From positions 1-34,329 of the forward strand of contig JAIROU010000136.1 in the NCBI GenBank assembly GCA_031257375.1: a stretch of DNA of 34,329 bases. The letters run 5' to 3'. The position numbers and the translations under genes were made by a program. Source of the DNA: Bifidobacteriaceae bacterium (GTDB lineage: Bacteria; Actinomycetota; Actinomycetes; Actinomycetales; WQXJ01). Each line of letters starts with the position of its first letter. Positions within the stretch are counted from its first letter, which is position 1. Of this stretch, positions 29,616 through 34,329 are shown one piece after another. The notes under the pieces are model-generated. The model worked only from the letters and a program-made list of their open reading frames with translations. It had not been told where the DNA came from and ran no database searches.

Positions 29616-30729
29616 GCGGCCTCACGCTCCCCGACCCGACCGTGTACCAGCGGTCGGTCAGACCCTCCGGCACGTCATCCGCCACCGCCGCCGTCACCAG
29701 GACCTGTTCGACGCCCTCGACCAGCCCGGTCAAGGCCCGCCGCCGGTCCTGGTCGAGCTCCGCGAAGACGTCGTCCAGGATCAGGATCGGGTCGTCGTCC
29801 AACTCGGCCCGGATGACCGCGAACGCGCCCAGCCTGAGCGCCAGGGCCAACGACCACGACTCCCCGTGCGAGGCGTACCCCCTGGCCGGGAGGCCGCCCA
29901 GGCTCAGCGCCAAGTCCTCGCGGTGCGGGCCGTACAGCGACGCGCCGCGCTCGATCTCCCTGGCGCGGCCGTCCGCCATCGCCGACAGGAGTTTCGCCGT
30001 CACGTCGCCGGCGGCATCGTCGACCGTCGCGGCGACGCTGGCCTTGTACTCCACCGCCGCCGTCCCCCGCCCGGCCAGCCCCCGGTAGGCGGCGTCCACC
30101 AGCGGGCCCAGCTGGGCGGTCAGGGCCAGGCGCTGCGCCGTGATGGCCCCGCCCAGCGCGGCCGCCTGACCGTCCCAGACCTCAAGGCCGCCGATGCCGT
30201 CGCGCCGCTGTTGGCCGGTCAGCCCGGCCAGCGTCTTGAGCAGGGCAGCCCGCTGGCGGACCACCCTGTCGTAGTCGGCCAGCACGCCCGCCAGCGACGG
30301 CCTGAGTTGCAGGGCCAACTCGTCCAGGTAGCGGCGCCGTCCCTCCGGCGGCCCTTTGACGAGGGCCAGGTCCTCCGGCACGAAGGCGATCGCGCGGGTG
30401 ACGCCGAGCAAGTCGGCCGGTTTGACCTTGGCCCGGCCGAGGAAGGCGCGATTGGCCTGCCCGGGCACGATCTCCAGCGAGACCACGGCCGCCCTGGCGC
30501 CGCGGGCGAGCCGGGCGCGGACGACCGCCTTGTCCGCCCCCTGGCGGACGAGGGCCTGGTCGGCGCCGGCCCGGTGGGAGGACAGGGTGGCCAGATAGGC
30601 CACCGCCTCGACCAGGTTGGTCTTGCCTTGGCCGTTGGCGCCGGTGAAGGTGGTCACACCCGGCCCCAGCCGCACCACCGCCTCGCGGTGGGACCTGAAG
30701 TCGGTCAACGCCAGGTCCGTCAGGTGCAC
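29608..30729 (-). CDS. recF: DNA replication and repair protein RecF
   Basis: The N-terminus is MHLTDLALTDFRSHREAVVRLGPGVTTFTGANGQGKTNLVEAV (Walker A). The signature is SHGESWSLALALRL and Walker B is ILILDDVFAELD. GTG start. Confidence 0.92.
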   Translation of the reverse strand: MHLTDLALTDFRSHREAVVRLGPGVTTFTGANGQGKTNLVEAVAYLATLSSHRAGADQALVRQGADKAVVRARLARGARAAVVSLEIVPGQANRAFLGRAKVKPADLLGVTRAIAFVPEDLALVKGPPEGRRRYLDELALQLRPSLAGVLADYDRVVRQRAALLKTLAGLTGQQRRDGIGGLEVWDGQAAALGGAITAQRLALTAQLGPLVDAAYRGLAGRGTAAVEYKASVAATVDDAAGDVTAKLLSAMADGRAREIERGASLYGPHREDLALSLGGLPARGYASHGESWSLALALRLGAFAVIRAELDDDPILILDDVFAELDQDRRRALTGLVEGVEQVLVTAAVADDVPEGLTDRWYTVGSGSVRPRE

Positions 30730-30790
30730 CCACTCAGCGTACCGAGGCCGCCCGGCGCCGGGAAGGGCGGGCCGGCCGGTCCGGCGGGAG

Positions 30791-31918
30791 TCACACCGCG
30801 AAACGGATCGGGACCAGCAGGTACCGGTAGTCCGGGGCAGGCCGGCCGTCTGTCTGGCCCTGGAAGAGGACCGGCCTGGTGGCCGAGTTCATATTCAGGC
30901 GGACCGATGGCGTGCCCATCACCGACAGCCCCTCGAGCAAGAAATGCGGGTTGAAGGCGACCGTGATCGGGCTGGTGACCTCCGCCTCGAGGACCTCGGA
31001 GGCTTGGGCGTCGTCGCCGGCGCCGGCGTTGAGCACGGCCTCGCCCTCCGAGAAGGCGATCTGGACCGGGCTGTTGCGCTCGGCCACCAGGGAGACCCGT
31101 CGGACCGCCTCGATCAGCGAGCCCACCGACAGGACGGCCGAGACGTCGAACGAGTCCGGCACCAGCTTGCGGACCTGCGGGTAGTCGCCGTCGATCAGCA
31201 GCGACGTGGTCTCCCGGCCGGCGGCCGCGAACCCGATGATGTCAGCCACGCCGGGGGCGGTCAGCGAGACCTGGACCTGTTCGGTGTGCCCGAACGAGCG
31301 CGCCACCTCTGTCAGGGTGCGCGCCCTGACCAGCGCCACCCGCGAGACGTCCGGCGCGGCCGGGCGCCAGGTGAGATCCTTGATGGCGAGGCGGTAGCGG
31401 TCGGTGGCCAAGAACGTCAGGTTCTCCCCCTCGATCTCGATCCGCACGCCGGTCAGCAGCGGCAGGGTCTCGTCCCGGGTGGCGGCGATGGCGACCTGGC
31501 CGACTGCCGCCGCCAACTGCCCGGCCTCGATCGCCCCGACGGCGCCCGGCAGGGACGGCAGCGACGGGTAGTCGTCAATCATCATGGTCATCAGGGTGAA
31601 GGTGGACGAGCCGCAGGTGACCACGGCCTTGGGACCCTCCAGGTGGAGGGTCACCGGCTTGGCCGGAAGCAGTTTGGCGATCTCCGCCAGCAGGCGTCCG
31701 GACACCAGGATCTCGCCGCCGTCCTCCACCTCCGCGCTGATCTCAACCTTGGCCGAGACCTCGTAGTCGAAGCTGGCCAGCGTGACTCTGCCGCCGTCCT
31801 CGGCGGCCGCCTTGACCCGCACCCCGCTCAGCACGGGACTGGGCGGCCGGGCCGGCAGCGCCCGCGCCGCCCAACCCACCGCGTCGGCCAACACATCTCG
31901 TTCGACCATGAACCTCAT
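30791..31918 (-). CDS. dnaN: DNA polymerase III beta sliding clamp
   Basis: The product starts MRFMVERDVLADAVGWAARALP and has the three-domain clamp length (375 aa). It lies immediately downstream of dnaA/oriC. Confidence 0.92.
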   Translation of the reverse strand: MRFMVERDVLADAVGWAARALPARPPSPVLSGVRVKAAAEDGGRVTLASFDYEVSAKVEISAEVEDGGEILVSGRLLAEIAKLLPAKPVTLHLEGPKAVVTCGSSTFTLMTMMIDDYPSLPSLPGAVGAIEAGQLAAAVGQVAIAATRDETLPLLTGVRIEIEGENLTFLATDRYRLAIKDLTWRPAAPDVSRVALVRARTLTEVARSFGHTEQVQVSLTAPGVADIIGFAAAGRETTSLLIDGDYPQVRKLVPDSFDVSAVLSVGSLIEAVRRVSLVAERNSPVQIAFSEGEAVLNAGAGDDAQASEVLEAEVTSPITVAFNPHFLLEGLSVMGTPSVRLNMNSATRPVLFQGQTDGRPAPDYRYLLVPIRFAV

Positions 31919-32327
31919 GGCGTCTCCTCACGAATCGTCTCACTATTCCCTCAACCTTACGCCCAGGCCAAGCCGGGACTGGTCCGGCCGCACGCCTATG
32001 TGGGCTGTCCACAAGCTCTCAGGTAAAGAAAAGTAGTCGTAATAATAGGGCCTGTGGAGACTGTGGGCGACCGGTCCGCGCCGAGGTCAGAGGGAGCGCG
32101 GGCCTGTGGAGAAGGTGGGCGCCGGGCGGTGGGCAAACGGGGCCGGCTGTGGACGGCGCCGGGGGGTGGGCCGCTTTTCCCCAAAGCGGGCGCCGGTTGT
32201 GCCCCGCCCGGGCTTGCTCTTCCACCGCCGTCCACAGGGTTTCCCACAACTGGGGAATTCTCGATAACCGGCGAATAGACCAACTGCGTTCACCCGGCGT
32301 TAAGCGGCCGTTCAAGTTAAGGCCCGG
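31919..32327. other. oriC (dnaA-dnaN intergenic region) with a DnaA-box cluster and an AT-rich tract
   Basis: Matches to TTGTCCACA or its complement TGTGGACAA are as follows. CTGTCCACA at 32005-32013. TGTGGAGAC at 32054-32062. TGTGGGCGA at 32063-32071. TGTGGAGAA at 32105-32113. TGTGGACGG at 32138-32146. CCGTCCACA at 32228-32236. TTTCCCACA at 32240-32248. The AT-rich tract AGGTAAAGAAAAGTAGTCGTAATAATA lies at 32021-32047. Confidence 0.8.
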
Positions 32328-33707
32328 CTAAGCGCTGGCTTGGCGTTTGATGCGGTAGGTCAGCTCGGAAATCTTGGTGTAAAGGCCCGGCTCTTCGGGC
32401 AGGGCCTTGCGCAGTTTCGTGTAGGCGCTGAGGACCGTGGTGTGGTCGCGGCCGCCGAACTCGCGGCCGATCAGGGGCAGGGACAAGTCCGTCAACTCGC
32501 GGCACAGGTACATGGCGATGTGGCGGGCGTCGGTCAGCGGCCTGGTCCGCGAGGGGCCGACTATTTGCTCGACCGTCAAGGAGCAGTATTGGGCGACTTG
32601 CCCGATTATGAGGGAGGGCGTGATCTCCGTGAGATAGTCGGTCACCAAGTCCCTGAGGACGATCTCGGCCAGCGGCAGGTTGACCGGCTGGGAGTTCAGG
32701 TTGGCGAAGGCCGTCACCCTGATCAGTGCCCCCTCCAGGGCGCGAATGTCGGAGGAGACCCGCGAGGCGATGTATTCGAGCACGTCGTCGGGCACGTTCA
32801 AGCCCTCGCTGGCGGACTTCAAACGCAAGATCGCGATCCGGGTCTCCAACTCCGGCGGGATGACATCGGCTTTGAGGCCGCCCTCGAAACGGGTCAGCAA
32901 CCGCTCTTGGAAACCGTTCAACTGTTTGGGCGGGGTGTCGGAAGTGATAACGATGTGGCTGCCGGAGCTGTAAAGGGTGTTGAAGGTGTGGAAGAACTCA
33001 TCCATCGTCCCGCCCTTGCCGGTCAAGAATTGGATGTCGTCGATCAGCAGAATGTCGTTGGAGCGGTAGCGGTACTTGAACGCCTCCATTTGACGGGTCT
33101 GGACGCAGTTGACGAAGTCGTTGACGAACTCCTCGGAGGTCGTGTAAAGGACCTTCAACTCCGGTTTCAGGGTCAAGGCGTAGTTCCCGATGGCGTGCAG
33201 CAGGTGGGTTTTGCCGAGGCCGGAGCCGCCGTAGATGAATAAGGGGTTGTAGGTCGTGGCCGGCGATTCGGCGACGGCCCGCGCGGCGGCGGCGGGGAAG
33301 CGGTTGGACGGTCCGATGACGAACGAGTCGAACGTGTAACGGGGTTGGAGATGGGATTGGTGCCCGGCCGCGGGCAGGTAGGCGGCCGGCGGCGGGGCGG
33401 TGTCAGGTTCGGGCGGGTCCGGCTCGTCCGGCGGCGGGTCGGCCAGGGCCGGGTCGACCGTGACGGCGAAGTTGAGCGGCCGTCCGGCCACCGCCGCGAG
33501 GGCGGCGATCAAGGCCCCGCGCAACTGGGTTTCCATCAACTCCTTGGCGTAATCGTTGGAGACGGCCAGCAAGGCCGTGTCCTCGAGCATCCCCAGCGGT
33601 TTGACCAGTTGGATCAGCCCGTAACTGCGGCCGCCCAGTTGACCGGAGTCGACCAGCGAGGCGACCGCCCCGCCCCAGAGCTCTTGGATCTCCTGCGGAT
33701 CGCTCAA
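32328..33707 (-). CDS. dnaA: chromosomal replication initiator DnaA
   Basis: YTFDSFVIGPSNRF, Walker A NPLFIYGGSGLGKTHLLHAIGN, DILLIDDIQFL, and DNA-binding domain IAMYLCRELTDLSLPLIGREFGGRDHTTVLSA. The TTG start at 33707 follows AAGGAG. Confidence 0.95.
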   Translation of the reverse strand: MSDPQEIQELWGGAVASLVDSGQLGGRSYGLIQLVKPLGMLEDTALLAVSNDYAKELMETQLRGALIAALAAVAGRPLNFAVTVDPALADPPPDEPDPPEPDTAPPPAAYLPAAGHQSHLQPRYTFDSFVIGPSNRFPAAAARAVAESPATTYNPLFIYGGSGLGKTHLLHAIGNYALTLKPELKVLYTTSEEFVNDFVNCVQTRQMEAFKYRYRSNDILLIDDIQFLTGKGGTMDEFFHTFNTLYSSGSHIVITSDTPPKQLNGFQERLLTRFEGGLKADVIPPELETRIAILRLKSASEGLNVPDDVLEYIASRVSSDIRALEGALIRVTAFANLNSQPVNLPLAEIVLRDLVTDYLTEITPSLIIGQVAQYCSLTVEQIVGPSRTRPLTDARHIAMYLCRELTDLSLPLIGREFGGRDHTTVLSAYTKLRKALPEEPGLYTKISELTYRIKRQASA

Positions 33708-33985
33708 GAACCGCTCCTTTCGCCACAGACTTGAGGTCTCAGCCTAACGCCGTCGCGCCCGCCTGTCTCTACCGTTTTGGCGCCTTGCTTTTGGGCCGGG
33801 CGGCGGCGGCGGGACGGGCCAGTTTGACCCGGACCGCCGCCGCCGCCTAGATTTTGTTGCGGCTATGTGGCTGACGCTGTCCATTCATGGGCGCCCACTG
33901 CGCGGGGTTCGGGCAGTCACGCTGTCCAGTGCCGCCCTCGGCGTAGTAGGGGCGGAACCACCCAGGAGCTTCCAGGAGTAGTCAC

Positions 33986-34123
33986 GTGACCAAGAGGACC
34001 TTCCAGCCGAACAACCGGCGGCGCGCCCGCAAGCACGGCTTTCGCCTGCGCATGCGCACCCGAGCCGGACGAGCCATTCTGGCGGCCAGGCGCCGCAAGG
34101 GGCGGGAAAAGCTGAGCGCCTGA
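33986..34123 (+). CDS. rpmH: 50S ribosomal protein L34
   Basis: It falls below the ORF-track cutoff. The GTG at 33986 follows AGGAG. The translation is [45 protein letters not shown]. Confidence 0.92.
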   Translation: MTKRTFQPNNRRRARKHGFRLRMRTRAGRAILAARRRKGREKLSA

Positions 34124-34132
34124 GGACCCGCA

Positions 34133-34329
34133 ATGCTAGCCCAGGCCCACCGCCTGCGGCGGAGCGCTGATTTTCAAGCTGTCATCCGCCGGGGACGGCG
34201 TTGCGGCGACCGCCTGCTGGTGGTGTACGCCGCCCCGGCCGCCCGAGCCGTGTCGGCTGTTCCAGCCGCCGCGGTGGAGACGGCGGCCATGGACGGCGCC
34301 GGCCGCCGGGCCGGTTCGCTTGGCGCGGG
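34133..34329 (+). CDS. rnpA: ribonuclease P protein component (partial; runs off the window)
   Basis: The ATG at 34133 lies 10 bp after rpmH. MLAQAHRLRRSADFQAVIRRGRRCGDRLLVVY fits the RnpA N-terminal pattern (RL....dF..v...G.r....l.v). Confidence 0.7.
   Translation, partial: MLAQAHRLRRSADFQAVIRRGRRCGDRLLVVYAAPAARAVSAVPAAAVETAAMDGAGRRAGSLGA

Noticed and set aside
29185-33242. Plus-strand ORFs opposite dciA, recF, dnaN and dnaA (29185..30954, 30617..32026, 32340..33242)
   Set aside because: They are antisense shadows of conserved replication genes in high-GC DNA.
33708-33985. Possible second DnaA-box cluster in the dnaA-rpmH spacer
   Set aside because: Only weak partial matches are present (CTATGTGGC, GCTGTCCAT, GCTGTCCAG) and there is no AT-rich tract. 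This is more likely just the dnaA promoter region, so it is not annotated.

Overview
High-GC (Actinomycetota-type) chromosome window with two parts. (1) About 19.4-34.3 kb is the replication-origin core, all on the minus strand except rpmH and rnpA. The order is rnpA/rpmH, dnaA, oriC (DnaA-box cluster plus an AT-rich tract), dnaN, recF, DUF721/DciA, gyrB, gyrA, a DUF3566 membrane protein, tRNA-Ile, a 39-aa DLW-39 ORF and tRNA-Ala. A roughly 3 kb accessory island sits between dciA and gyrB. It carries a type II restriction-modification pair (SPPY beta-class methyltransferase plus a PD-ExK endonuclease) and a vapBC toxin-antitoxin pair. (2) About 1-19.3 kb is the right-hand part of an integrated mobile element that abuts the 3' end of tRNA-Ala. 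It carries a large serine recombinase, a ParB-like protein, decayed ArdC-like and integrase-like remnants, and an AraC regulator. It also carries a NOX/ferric-reductase-like flavocytochrome, a histidine kinase/OmpR-type regulator pair, an IS110-family IS, and a MobF/TrwC-type relaxase-helicase preceded by a dense tandem repeat array. At its left end is a lower-GC cassette: a partial EcoRI-family adenine methyltransferase, a 359-aa unknown protein, and a Hanks-type protein kinase. The kinase is split precisely by an IS5-family element flanked by a TAA target duplication. The best candidate for an undescribed system is this unknown-protein + kinase pair, which looks like a defence cassette and is IS-inactivated. 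All family calls come from motif reading of the translations; no database search was possible. Many long ORFs in the supplied track are antisense or out-of-frame high-GC artefacts and are rejected.
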